A DNA stretch of 64,000 nt from Pecten maximus (taxonomy: Eukaryota), in contig NC_047033.1 in assembly GCF_902652985.1 (NCBI RefSeq), forward strand, positions 24,738,001 to 24,802,000. Reading direction: 5' to 3'. Of the stretch, positions 39,173 to 52,360 are shown piece by piece; the stretch's first letter is position 1, and each line of letters begins with the position of its first letter. The notes below the pieces were generated by a model that was not told the origin of the DNA, did not search any database, and saw only the letters and a list, made by a program, of their open reading frames with translations. Both the position numbers and the translations under genes were made by a program.

Positions 39173-42100
39173 GAAATATCTAATGTAGAGGAAGGATGAG
39201 TGTCGTGTCTCTCCTGAAATATCTAATGTAGAGGGAGGGTGAGTGTCGTGTCTCTCCTGAAATATCTAATGTAGAGGGTGAGTGTCATGTCTCTTCTGAA
39301 ATATCTAATGTAGAGGGTGAGTGTCATGTCTCTCCTGAAATATCTAATGTAGAGGGAGGGTGAGTGTCGTGTCTCTCCTGAAATATCTAATGTAGAGGGA
39401 GGGTGAGTGTCGTGTCTCTCCTGAAATATCTAATGTAGAGGGTGAGTGTCATGTCTCTCCTGAAATATCTAATGTAGAGGGAGGGTGAGTGTCGTGTCTC
39501 TTCTGAAATATTTAATGTAGAGGGAGGGTGAGTGTCATGTCTCTCCTGAAATATCTAATGTAGAGGGAGGGTGAGTGTCATGTCTCTCCTGAAATATCTA
39601 ATGTAGAGGGTGAGTGTCATGTCTCTTCTGAAATATCTAATGTAGAGGGTGAGTGTCATGTCTCTCCTGAAATATCTAATGTAGAGGGAGGGTGAGTGTC
39701 GTGTCTCTTCTGAAATATCTAATGTAGAGGGAGGGTGAGTGTCATGTCTCTTCTGAAATATCTAATGTAGAGGGAGGGTGAGTGTCGTGTCTCTTCTGAA
39801 ATATCTAATGTAGAGGGAGGGTGAGTGTTGTGTCTCTCCTGAAATATCTAATGTAGAGGGAGGGTGAGTGTCGTGTCTCTCCTGAAATATCTAATGTAGA
39901 GGGAGGGTGAGTGTCATGTCTCTCCTGAAATATCTAATGTAGAGGGAGGGTGAGTGTCATGTCTCTCCTGAAATATCTAATGTAGAGGGAGGGTGAGTGT
40001 CATGTCTCTCCTGAAATATCTAATGTAGAGGGAGGGTGAGTGTCATGTCTCTCCTGAAATATCTAATGTAGAGGGAGGGCGAGTGTCATGACTCTCCTGA
40101 AATATCTAATGTAGAGGGAGGGTGAGTGTCGTGTCTCTCCTGAAATATCTAATGTAGAGGGAGGGTGAGTGTCGTGTCTCTCCTGAAATATCTAATGTAG
40201 AGGGTGAGTGTCATGTCTCTCCTGAAATATCTAATGTAGAGGGAGGGTGAGTGTCATGTCTCTCCTGAAATATCTAATGTAGAGGGAGGGTGAGTGTCAT
40301 GTCTCTCCTGAAATATCTAATGTAGAGGGTGAGTGTCATGTCTCTTCTGAAATATCTAATGTAGAGGGTGAGTGTCATGTCTCTCCTGAAATATCTAATG
40401 TAGAGGGTGAGTGTCATGTCTCTCCTGAAATATCTAATGTAGAGGGTGAGTGTCATGTCTCTCCTGAAATATCTAATGTAGAGGGAGGGTGAGTGTCGTG
40501 TCTCTCCTGAAATATCTAATGTAGAGGGAGGGTGAGTGTCATGTCTCTTCTGAAATATCTAATGTAGAGGGAGGGTGAGTGTCGTGTCTCTCCTGAAATA
40601 TCTAATGTAGAGGGAGGGTGAGTGTCGTGTCTCTCCTGAAATATCTAATGTAGAGGGAGGGTGAGTGTCATGTCTCTCCTGAAATATCTAATGTAGAGGG
40701 AGGGTGAGTGTCGTGTCTCTCCTGAAATATCTGATGTAGAGGGTGAGTGTCATGTCTCTCCTGAAATATCTAATGTAGAGGGAGGGTGAGTGTCGTGTCT
40801 CTTCTGAAATATCTAATGTAGAGGGTGAGTGTCATGTCTCTCCTGAAATATCTAATGTAGAGGGTGAGTGTCATGTCTCTCCTGAAATATCTAATGTAGA
40901 GGGAGGGTGAGTGTCATGTCTCTTCTGAAATATCTAATGTAGAGGGAGGGTGAGTGTCATGTCTCTCCTGAAATATCTAATGTAGAGGGTGAGTGTCATG
41001 TCTCTCCTGAAATATCTAATGTAGAGGGAGGGTGAGTGTCGTGTCTCTTCTGAAATATCTAATGTAGAGGGAGGGTGAGTGTCATGACTGTCCTGAAATA
41101 TCTAATGTAGAGGGTGAGTGTCATGTCTCTCCTGAAATATCTAATGTAGAGGGAGGGTGAGTGTCATGTCTCTCCTGAAATATCTAATGTAGAGGGAGGG
41201 TGAGTGTCGTGTCTCTCCTGAAATATCTAATGTAGAGGGAGGGTGAGTGTCATGTCTCTCCTGAAATATCTAATATAGAGGGAGGGTGAGTGTCATGTCT
41301 CTCCTGAAATATCTAATGTAGAGGGAGGGTGAGTGTCATGTCTCTCCTGAAATATCTAATGTAGAGGGAGGGTGAGTGTCATGTCTCTCCTGAAATATCT
41401 AATGTAGAGGGAGGGTGAGTGTCGTGTCTCTCCTGAAATATCTAATGTAGAGGGAGGGTGAGTGTCGTGTCTCTCCTGAAATATCTAATGTAGAGGGTGA
41501 GTGTCATGTCTCTCCTGAAATATCTAATGTAGAGGGAGGGTGAGTGTCGTGTCTCTCCTGAAATATCTAATGTAGAGGGTGAGTGTCGTGTCTCTCCTGA
41601 AATATCTAATGTAGAGGGTGAGTGTCATGTCTCTCCTGAAATATCTAATGTAGAGGGAGGGTGAGTGTCATGTCTCTCCTGAAATATCTAATGTAGAGGG
41701 AGGGTGAGTGTCATGTCTCTCCTGAAATATCTAATGTAGAGGGTGAGTGTCATGTCTCTTCTGAAATATCTAATGTAGAGGGTGAGTGTCATGTCTCTCC
41801 TGAAATATCTAATGTAGAGGGTGAGTGTCATGTCTCTCCTGAAATATCTAATGTAGAGGGTGAGTGTCATGTCTCTCCTGAAATATCTAATGTAGAGGGA
41901 GGGTGAGTGTCGTGTCTCTCCTGAAATATCTAATGTAGAGGGAGGGTGAGTGTCATGTCTCTTCTGAAATATCTAATGTAGAGGGAGGGTGAGTGTCGTG
42001 TCTCTCCTGAAATATCTAATGTAGAGGGAGGGTGAGTGTCGTGTCTCTCCTGAAATATCTAATGTAGAGGGAGGGTGAGTGTCATGTCTCTCCTGAAATA

Positions 42101-44220
42101 TCTAATGTAGAGGGAGGGTGAGTGTCGTGTCTCTCCTGAAATATCTGATGTAGAGGGTGAGTGTCATGTCTCTCCTGAAATATCTAATGTAGAGGGAGGG
42201 TGAGTGTCGTGTCTCTCCTGAAATATCTAATGTAGAGGGTGAGTGTCATGTCTCTTCTGAAATATCTAATGTAGAGGGTGAGTGTCATGTCTCTCCTGAA
42301 ATATCTAATGTAGAGGGTGAGTGTCATGTCTCTCCTGAAATATCTAATGTAGAGGGAGGGTGAGTGTCTTGTCTCTTCTGAAATATCTAATGTAGAGGGA
42401 GGGTGAGTGTCATGTCTCTCCTGAAATATCTAATGTAGAGGGTGAGTGTCATGTCTCTCCTGAAATATCTAATGTAGAGGGAGGGTGAGTGTCGTGTCTC
42501 TTCTGAAATATCTAATGTAGAGGGAGGGTGAGTGTCATGACTGTCCTGAAATATCTAATGTAGAGGGTGAGTGTCATGTCTCTCCTGAAATATCTAATGT
42601 AGAGGGAGGGTGAGTGTCATGTCTCTCCTGAAATATCTAATGTAGAGGGAGGGTGAGTGTCGTGTCTCTCCTGAAATATCTAATGTAGAGGGAGGGTGAG
42701 TGTCATGTCTCTCCTGAAATATCTAATATAGAGGGAGGGTGAGTGTCATGTCTCTCCTGAAATATCTAATGTAGAGGGAGGGTGAGTGTCATGTCTCTCC
42801 TGAAATATCTAATGTAGAGGGAGGGTGAGTGTCATGTCTCTCCTGAAATATCTAATGTAGAGGGAGGGTGAGTGTCGTGTCTCTCCTGAAATATCTAATG
42901 TAGAGGGAGGGTGAGTGTCGTGTCTCTCCTGAAATATCTAATGTAGAGGGTGAGTGTCATGTCTCTCCTGAAATATCTAATGTAGAGGGAGGGTGAGTGT
43001 CGTGTCTCTCCTGAAATATCTAATGTAGAGGGAGGGTGAGTGTCATGTCTCTCCTGAAATATCTAATGTAGAGGGAGGGTGAGTGTCGTGTCTCTCCTGA
43101 AATATCTAATGTAGAGGGAGGGTGAGTGTCGTGTCTCTCCTGAAATATCTAATGTAGAGGGAGGGTGAGTGTCGTGTCTCTCCTGAAATATCTAATGTAG
43201 AGGGAGGGTGAGTGTCGTGTCTCTCCTGAAATATCTAATGTAGAGGGAGGGTGAGTGTCGTGTCTCTCCTGAAATATCTAATGTAGAGGGAGGGTGAGTG
43301 TCATGTCTCTCCTGAAATATCTAATGTAGAGGGAGGGTGAGTGTCATGTCTCTCCTGAAATATCTAATGTAGAGGGAGGGTGAGTGTCATGTCTCTCCTG
43401 AAATATCTAATGTAGAGGGAGGGTGAATGTCGTGTCTCTCCTGAAATATCTAATGTAGAGGGAGGGTGAGTGTCGTGTCTCTCCTGAAATATCTAATGTA
43501 GAGGGAGGGTGAGTGTCGTGTCTCTCCTGAAATATCACATGTAGAGGGAGGGTGAGTGTCATGACTCTTCTGAAATATCTAATGTAGAGGGTGAGTGTCA
43601 TGTCTCTCCTGAAATATCTAATGTAGAGGGAGGGTGAGTGTCATGTCTCTCCTGAAATATCTAATGTAGAGGGAGGGTGAGTGTCGTGTCTCTCCTGAAA
43701 TATCTAATGTAGAGGGAGGGTGAGTGTCGTGTCTCTCCTGAAATATCTAATGTAGAGGGAGGGTGAGTGTCGTGTCTCTCCTGAAATATCTAATGTAGAG
43801 GGAGGGTGAGTGTCGTGTCTCTCCTGAAATATCTAATGTAGAGGGAGGGTGAGTGTCGTGTCTCTCCTGAAATATCTAATGTAGAGGGAGGGTGAGTGTC
43901 GTGTCTCTCCTGAAATATCTAATGTAGAGGGAGGGTGAGTGTCATGTCTCTCCTGAAATATCTAATGTAGAGGGAGGGTGAGTTTCATGTCTCTCCTGAA
44001 ATATCTAATATAGAGGGAGGGTGAGTGTCATGTCTCTCCTGAAATATCTAATGTAGAGGGTGAGTGTCATGTCTCTCCTGAAATATCTAATGTAGAGGGA
44101 GGGTGAGTGTCATGTCTCTCCTGAAATATCTAATGTAGAGGGAGGGTGAGTGTCATGTCTCTCCTGAAATATCTAATGTAGAGGGAGGGTGAGTGTCATG
44201 TCTCTTCTGAAATATCTAAA
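39173..44220. repeat. 43/39-bp satellite, about 120 units (Wnt9 intron 2)
   Basis: Unit GAAATATCTAATGTAGAGGG(AGGG)TGAGTGTCRTGTCTCTCCT. Confidence 0.99.
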
Positions 44221-45753
44221 TGTTGAGCTGTAAGATTTAATTACACAACATTGATATACAAATGAATGTACAATAAATAGACATTTGAATTAAAACGTAG
44301 ATAAATAATGTACAAGTCAACTGTTGTCCTCTCCTAAAAAACATAAACTTAATCACTGTTGTCGGTCCTGATGGAACCGCGCGAGAGGTCTTACTTCCTA
44401 ATTAGTTCACCAAAGCTTTAATTATTGCCGTATCGTATTGATAAATACGGTACTACAGCAGAGGCGGTGTTCTCCATCTACAATATAAAACGTTACAGAC
44501 ATATCATTATCTATAGCAGACTGATAGCGTTCACATCCTCGACATCCAAATAAAGATTAATTAGCATGAAGCATTGTTGTTCAACAACGTCAACGTCAAC
44601 ATCAAATCAAAGTGAAGAGTCAGATGTCAGCGGGGACGCGATGAAACACCGTTTTGAAATGTAATGGTGATTGTTATTTCAAATTAAGTAATTTCCCAAC
44701 GCCTTTTGATGAAAATTCATAAAATGATGACGTCACATAACCTGTGTGTTATCTGATACAGAGGTGATATTTACAAGCATGCGAATCAATCATGCACATG
44801 TTATATTGCCGACGATCATATCAGTGGACTTACAAAATGTACACGTGGCTTGGCACCGGATATGAAAACAAAGTTCCTCGGCTCACTAGATTTCGTTCCT
44901 GTGTTAACAAAATCACTTCTTCATCATCGAGTTACAAATGAAAGACTATTTATTGTTAATGAAATCTAAACTGACACCTTTAATATAATAAGACATACAT
45001 AACTAATATATCTATATTACTATTTACCAATTATTTTATCAGTATATTTTTTTTCTTTATTTGCCGTCAACTACAGCTCTATTTTGATAATACTCACATC
45101 GCAGGGTTTTTGTTATTGATAGAAATAGATTAAAATTTCAGACAGTTTTGTTTTGTATTGTTAGTCCAGACAGTTTTGTTTCAGTGTTGGCGTTTTTAGT
45201 CCAGAGATAAACTTAGTCATCGTAAGTCCGGACATCGTGGGTTTACGTTACACCTGATGTTGTCATTAACAAGAACAATTAACTTGTCTTGAGTTGAGGT
45301 ATTGCATTTCTGAATAAAATACTCCACTTCCCGGGCTCAGTTTTAAGTAGTCGTATACCAATCGTCCAAACTATAGTGCTTGGGGAGAAACTCTGCTTGT
45401 TGAGGAGAGAGGCTATATTTCAGGGACACCCAGAACATAGGTATATATGTAAGTCTAACCGAAATGAACACTAACATTTATTGTTCTGGCTGTGAGCCAC
45501 AATAGACGGCCTGTAATCAGCTCCTCATCATTATAATGTACGGAGCGTCTTATCGCCCTCACGGCCGTACTCCACACGGAAATATGTATCTATCTAGATT
45601 TTTGGTCGTATCTTTTGGAAAAACCTTGACCAACACTTTCTAAGCTATACAAGGTCAAACAGCGATTTTTGTCAAACGACCTTGACCTGCGTTCTGATAA
45701 TATAGCGTTTACATGGTTTTATTTGTAACGTTAGTTGTGAAATTTAACAAAGT

Positions 45754-47400
45754 CTAATGATACACGTGTGTGACAGAGTCTGATGTTACACGTGTGTGAC
45801 AAAGTCTGATGTTACACGTGTGTGACAGTCTGATGATACACGTGTGTGACAGAGTCTGATGATACGCGTGTGTGACAGAGTCTGATGTTACACGTGTGTG
45901 ACAGAATCTGATGATACGCTGTGTGACAGTCTGATGATACACGTGTGTGACAGTCTGATATTACACGTGTGTGACAGAGTCTGATGTTACACGTGCGTGA
46001 CAGTCTGATGATACACGTGTGTGACAGAGTCTGATGATACACGTGTGTGACAGTCTGATGATACACGTGTGTGACAGTCTAATGTTACAAGTGTGTGACA
46101 GTCTGATGTTACACGTGTGTGACAGTCTGATGATACACGTGTGTGACAGTCTAATGATACACGTGTGTGACAGAATCTGATGTTACACGTGTGTGACAGT
46201 CTGATGTTACACGTGTGTGACAGTCTGATGTTACAAGTGTGTGACAGAGTCTGATGATACACGTGCGTGACAGTCTGATGATACACGTGTGTGACAGAGT
46301 CTAATGATACACGTGTGTGACAGTCTGATGATACACATGTGTGACAGAGTCTAATGATACGCGTGTGTGACAGTCTGATGATACACGTGTGTGACAGAGT
46401 CTAATGATACACGTGTGTGACAGAGTCTGATGATACACGTGTGTGACAGAATCTGATGATACGCGTGTGTGACAGAGTGTAAAGATACACGTGTGTGACA
46501 GTCTGATGATACACGTGTGTGACAGAGTATTATGATACACGTGTGTGACAGTCTGATGATACACGTGTGTGACAGTCTGATGATACACGTGTGTGACAGA
46601 GTCTAATGATACACGTGTGTGACAGAGTCTAATGATACACGTGTGTGACAGTCTGATGATACACGTGTGTGACAAAGTCTGATGATACACTTGTGTGACA
46701 GTCTGATGATACACGTGTGTGACAGTCTGATGATACACGTGTGTGACAGAGTCTGATGTTACACGTGTGTGATAGTCTAATGATACACGTGTGTGACAGT
46801 CTAATGATACACGTGTGTGACAGTCTGATGATACACGTGTGTGACAGTCTGATGATACACGTGTGTGACAAAGTCTGATGATACACGTGTGCGACAGTCT
46901 AATGATACACGTGTGTGACAGTCTGATGATACACGTGTGTGACAGTCTGATGATACACGTGTGTGACAGTCTAATGATACACGTGTGTGACAGAGTGATG
47001 ATACACGTGTGTGACAGTCTAATGATACACGTGTGTGACAGAGTGATGATACGCGTGTGTGATAAAGTCTAATGATACACGTGTGTGACAGAGTGATGAT
47101 ACACGTGTGTGACAGAGTCTGATGTTACACGTGTGTGACAGAGTCTGATGATACGCGTGAGTGATAAAGTCTAATGATACACGTGTGTGATAAAGTCTAA
47201 TGATACACGTGTGTGACAAAGTCTGATGATACGCGTGTGTGACAGTCTGATGTTACACGTGTGTGACAGAGTCTGATGATACACGTGCGTGTGACAGAGT
47301 CTGATGTTACACGTACGTGATAAAGTCTAATGATACTGGTGTGTGACAGAGTCAGATGATACACGTGTGAAACAGAATCTGATGATACGCGAATGTGACA
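45754..47400. repeat. 24/26-bp minisatellite, about 65 units
   Basis: Unit GTCTGATGATACACGTGTGTGACA(GA). Confidence 0.98.
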
Positions 47401-48159
47401 TTCTGTTGGCACGAGTGTGTGATTCGTTATGTAGTAGTCACATACTACCTTTCATATCAGAAATAATAGTACAACATCTATTTCAATAAAGAGTTCCAAC
47501 ATCAGCGATAGATGTCAATACTTTTGATTCATAATTTCCTACACTGCCACATGCCCGGATGTAAAGAATCGCCTACATCACGCGGCTCGAAGTTCACATT
47601 TGTTGACTTGAACGTGTGTTTTAGAATATCTTTGAGCGTATTCAAACATTGCAAAGTTAAACAAAGGAATATAGAATTACGGAATACGTGAAATGTTATC
47701 GATATAATGGTAGGTAAACTATTTCAAACAACTATTAATTACATATTCAGATCTACAAAGGCATACCAAGCTCCCTCGATTGGTGTGTGAATGGGTAGCA
47801 CTTGACTGGAAGCTCTTTAGTTTAATACTTAAGTGTATTGTCTGTGTCTGAATTCTGATAAAAAATGTGCTGCGTTTGCATTTCCAATGTTGTTAATAGT
47901 CTGTTAATATTTATTCAAACTGAAATAGATTTTTACCTTTGTTGTGTTGCTCTTGTTGACGACATTTGAAATTGCTTGCATAACGGATCTTGTAAAAGCA
48001 AAGGCACGCCCTTGGGCCGGTCTACAAGTATCTTCATCTAACGACTGCCCTTGTCTGTCTATCCCAGAATTAATGTTTGCCTATTTCTACTTGTCACGGT
48101 ATGGGTAGGGATAACTAAATACCTAAACATCTAGATAAACAAAACAATAGCTATCGATT

Positions 48160-48495
48160 ATGGACCTTTTGTGAGGTCAATATGGTATATGGTGTTATAC
48201 CGACCTGACCGAATCAAATATTAACCGAGGACGAAGGTAATTAAGTTTTATATTATTTTTATATGAAGTTTTTTTTTTTCGCAAAAAGGGCGGTATTGCA
48301 TTTCATGTATCTTGATAACAGGGACCGGGGAATTCACTATGACGTCACAATGATTATGACGCCATAAACACAATATTGACTATTTAAAAATGGTAATATT
48401 AGATCGATATCACAAAGTATTGACCTACACGTGGTCATGGTTTAGCGAATGAGAATTTGGGGAAATCGGACCTAATCTACCGTGTAATATTAGTT
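48160..48495 (+). mobile_element. Possible decayed hairpin-ended element
   Basis: AATATTAACCGAGGACGAAG looks like half of a GAA-capped hairpin. It has an internal TGACGTCACA as in 52270-52285, and a GCGAATGAG (CCAATCAG-like) far end. Confidence 0.35.
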
Positions 48496-48959
48496 TCGCT
48501 GTTATTTCTTTGTTTTGATTTCAATATCATTATATGCTGTGGTCTTTCATAGTACAGGTATCTTGGAAATGCTATCTATGCTGCAAGTAAATTTTTCCTC
48601 TCTGTAAAAGACTTGTGTAATGAGAATGCAAAGGCACTTTTTACAATGAGAAAACATCAAAATCATATTGTTCGTGCTTAGCGCAAACTTCTTTTTTATA
48701 TACAATTCTGAAATGTGGTATCTGGCATATAAAGTTGCTGAAGGTCAAAACCCTGGCAACAAAATAGTTTTTGACTTTATCTCCCTCATTGATAAATCGC
48801 CATTTGATCATGAGTAATTGCAATTTTGAAAACTTTGGGAATTGGAAGAAAAGCAGTAAATGAATAGAGAGTTGAACTAGGATAATACCAAGTGGATCCT
48901 TTTTATTAAAATACGTGTACAAGCTTCTAGTTACTGGTTTTGAATCACTCAAAGAAATA

Positions 48960-49685
48960 CATCCATAAATCCACTTGTTAAAGAAGCCTTCATTTTAAAT
49001 AAATACTTACTCAATAATAACATTTACAAAGGTATTGCTGGTATACCTTCGTAAGTATTGCTACAAAAACCTGTGAAATAAAACATATGGAAAAGAACAT
49101 GTATATATAAACACATGGAAAAAGACAGTGTATATATTAATAACACAATAAAAAGTAAAAGGATTCAGTCTCAAACACAAACTGTTATTTGCTGGTTAAG
49201 TTAGATCCCTTCATCAACATAATAAACTACTGATGTATTTCAAATCAAATCATATTTAAATAGCATAAGCGACGCCAATCTAAGTCGATTTTATGCTAAG
49301 TTTAGACTCTGTGAGCATGACTTGGAACTGGCTCGTGGTCGATACATAACATCCCAAGACACTTAAAGTCTGTAAAGTTTGTGATGGTACTGAAAACGAA
49401 ATCAGCTCCTTCGATGAGTCAAGTTTAAGAAATGTACCTCGATAAAATGAAATAAAATATGTCAGAAAATGATAATCTTATGACCATTTTGTCATCTAAT
49501 AACTCGAGATTATACTAGATCTGACTGAGAGAGAGAGAGAGAGAGAGAAAGAGAAAAAATGATTGCATTCAGTAAATCTAATGTTCTACTCATATTGTTG
49601 AACCGTTATGAATGTTTATATATGTATTGCCATCAAATTACTTATGTGTTTAGGGTTGTGCAATAAGCATTTGAACTGAATTTAT
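48960..49685 (+). mobile_element. Decayed CR1/L2-group LINE 3' end
   Basis: FQIKSYLNSISDANLSRFYAKFRLCEHDLELARGRY, then frameshifted NIPRH and VCKVCDGTENE. Ends CAATAAGCATTTGAACTGAA. Confidence 0.75.
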
Positions 49686-51992
49686 TGAATATGATATGGA
49701 CTGGTCTTCCGACAAATACATTACTCTTGGGATGTTGTGTATAATAGCGAATAGATCGGTATTCCTAACTTCCCACAAAAATGTAGTTACCACAGATTTT
49801 GTGGGAAATAAAACAATGCCGGAAACAAGTGCATTCTCCTATCACACTGTAATGTAATTCTTCCCTTCTATTAGGCGCTGAATGAACAGCGTCGGCGGAC
49901 AATAGCTAATTGTGATTGATTATTGACTATCGATCAGGCCAGAATCGCATTCCAATGGGACACATGCCTCTCCTTATAATCAAGCTTAACAACTTTCAAG
50001 CGTTTCATTGTAGATACATATTTTTTAAGCAAATGTAAAGGAATGTAGGTAATTTCAGCTAAAACCTTATTTACTGACACTGTCGTAATATATCAAATCA
50101 TCCCATCAGGAAATAAATAAAAAAAATATTTCAAGCTTAATTTCATTTCTCGACGTACCAAAGCTAACACGGACGGGGCGTTTACCGGGCACATGACCGG
50201 CGTATCTTTATCAGCGTTCTGGTTCTGACTTCCTGATGGATATGAGCCTCTAATTCTACTTTTACTCGTCCCCTTCTATCACTGACCTTTCAGATAGTCA
50301 CAACACCAGCTGACTGCTGGAGACACGCCTGTATTGAACGAGTCAAGGAAAAACACTAAAATCACTTTTCGAATTTTGTTTATTCAACAATGAAGCGAAT
50401 GCGAAGTTGTTTGCGAGGTAACTGTCATGAAATTCTGACTTGATCAGGCGCGAGAGAACAGGACGCTATGGCGAGGAGAGTCGTTATGTACTGTATGGTG
50501 CAGACGGTGGTGCCTTTCTTTCTGTCTTTTTTCTTTGAACCCCTCAACATTTACAAATACTGGGTTCATTTAAAACTACGTTACTATGATATAATTATTG
50601 TATCCTTCGTGCAATGGCTGATTGCAACCTGTACCAATCTTATTGTCGTCTTGAAAACTTAAACTTAAGTGGGATAGGCAGCTACTGAACTTGTGCATTG
50701 AGAAGTTTTGCCTCGCTTTCTTTGTTTAATCAATCGGCAACTTTAACATGTATTAAGAGGACCAAATCAATCGTAACATCATTATCATCTTAACAGATAA
50801 TACCATATTTAGGGATCTTCAGCTACCGTCATCACTATCGGATATTTCCGAAAAAAGAAGAAAACAAAGAAATTTAAAGCAAAAAAAAAAAAAAATAAAA
50901 AATATTGAGAGTTTCATTTCATCCGCCATTGGGATATACAGGGGAAATGGCATGTGCTACTCTTGTGGTCAACTTGTTTTTTAGAGAGTCGAATTGTCAA
51001 TTCACCAATTTGTAAATAAGTTTTTATTTAAAAAAACATATAGTGTTTTAGCTGCTAAGTGCCGTTTTGTTTTAAACTGGAACTGTCATTTGCTATCATT
51101 CTTCTCGACGTTTACTTTCGTTTTCTATTTACTATACATAGACTATTTGATTAGTATATGATTATATCCCAGCAGTACGAGTGTTGATGGACAACTCGGC
51201 ATGATAAGTGGTACTCGAGATAATTCACGGACACTTTACACGGTTATCAAGTTATTGAAAGGAGCTTTGTCATCTTATTAACTTGTGAGATTTTCTTACT
51301 CTTTATTCCTTGAAATATTCAAAACTAAACTACAAACATACTTAGTAAGACCCGAATATCTTATTTGCGTGATGATATTTATGTTTTATTTGAGTATAAA
51401 TCATTTTGTTTTCCAATTTAAGACGAGACTTTTTCGATTACGTTAAGAACACACAGAGAGAGCGTTATAGTAGTCTCTGACACTGATGTGTCCCGCTGTG
51501 ATAATTTGTCTTATACGCTGTTGGTGTTATTTAGAAACATCATCGTTCAAGTTGTTTTTTCCTTATCGTGTTACATTCAACACTACTTGAAATTAATTAC
51601 AGACAAAATAATAAACACACAACATGATTAATTTATATTTAGGGATTTTTTTTCTTGGTAAAGGACGCATATTTATATAAAAAAAAAACCAGCAAACGGT
51701 AACTGACCACCCAACGACATTTGTATTCCCTGTGTTACAATAAATATGTTGTTAAACATGAATGATATATAATTAAACATTTTTCTCGTTGTTATGAAGT
51801 GATAAACAACTTCTGATTGGCATTATTCATCATTTTTCGATCGCAAATTATATCCATTCCCAAAATATCGACATGGTTTCAGTCGTTGAATGACATGCAT
51901 GATTGATAGTAAAGCAGACGACATAAAAAATAGTTCTTAGTGTATTACGTCATAAAAAGTAGTTATTTGTGTTTTACGTCATAAAAAAGTAG

Positions 51993-52360
51993 TTATTTAA
52001 GGGTTAACTGTAATATTTTTTTTACGTTATTGAGCAATAACACAAAAAACTGGGGTGTACTCTGAATAAACCGCGAAGCGGTTTATGAAAAGAGTACACC
52101 CCAGTTTTTTTGTGTTATTGCTCAATAACGTAAAAAAATATTACAGTTAACCCTTATAATTTAATTAACAACGATATTTAACATTTTCATTAAGTTTAAC
52201 ATGTTTATTTTGCTCCAGATATTTAAAAACACATCGATAAATACAAAATCCCGTGAACAACGATTACTCCGCTGACGTCACAGTCATTATTTATGTTATG
52301 AGATGATAACATAATTTTTTGAGCCAATGAAAATGCTTGTTACAAGCAAAATTAAATTAT
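51993..52360 (+). mobile_element. Intact hairpin-ended non-autonomous DNA element (Crypton-like)
   Basis: Near-perfect 159-bp palindrome at 51998-52156 with tip CCGC-GAA-GCGG. The far end is GCCAATGAAAATGCTTGTTACAAGCAAAATTAAATTAT. TTAT occurs at both ends, and the element interrupts a tandem repeat of about 29 bp. Confidence 0.85.

Noticed and set aside
3070-47400. CRISPR-like appearance of the 24-47-bp arrays
   Set aside because: The units are head-to-tail with no unique spacers, there are no cas genes, and the context is eukaryotic.
45754-47400. CTGATGA in each unit as a hammerhead core or a C/D-box snoRNA array
   Set aside because: There is no GAAA partner or three-way junction, and no terminal stem or guide sequence.
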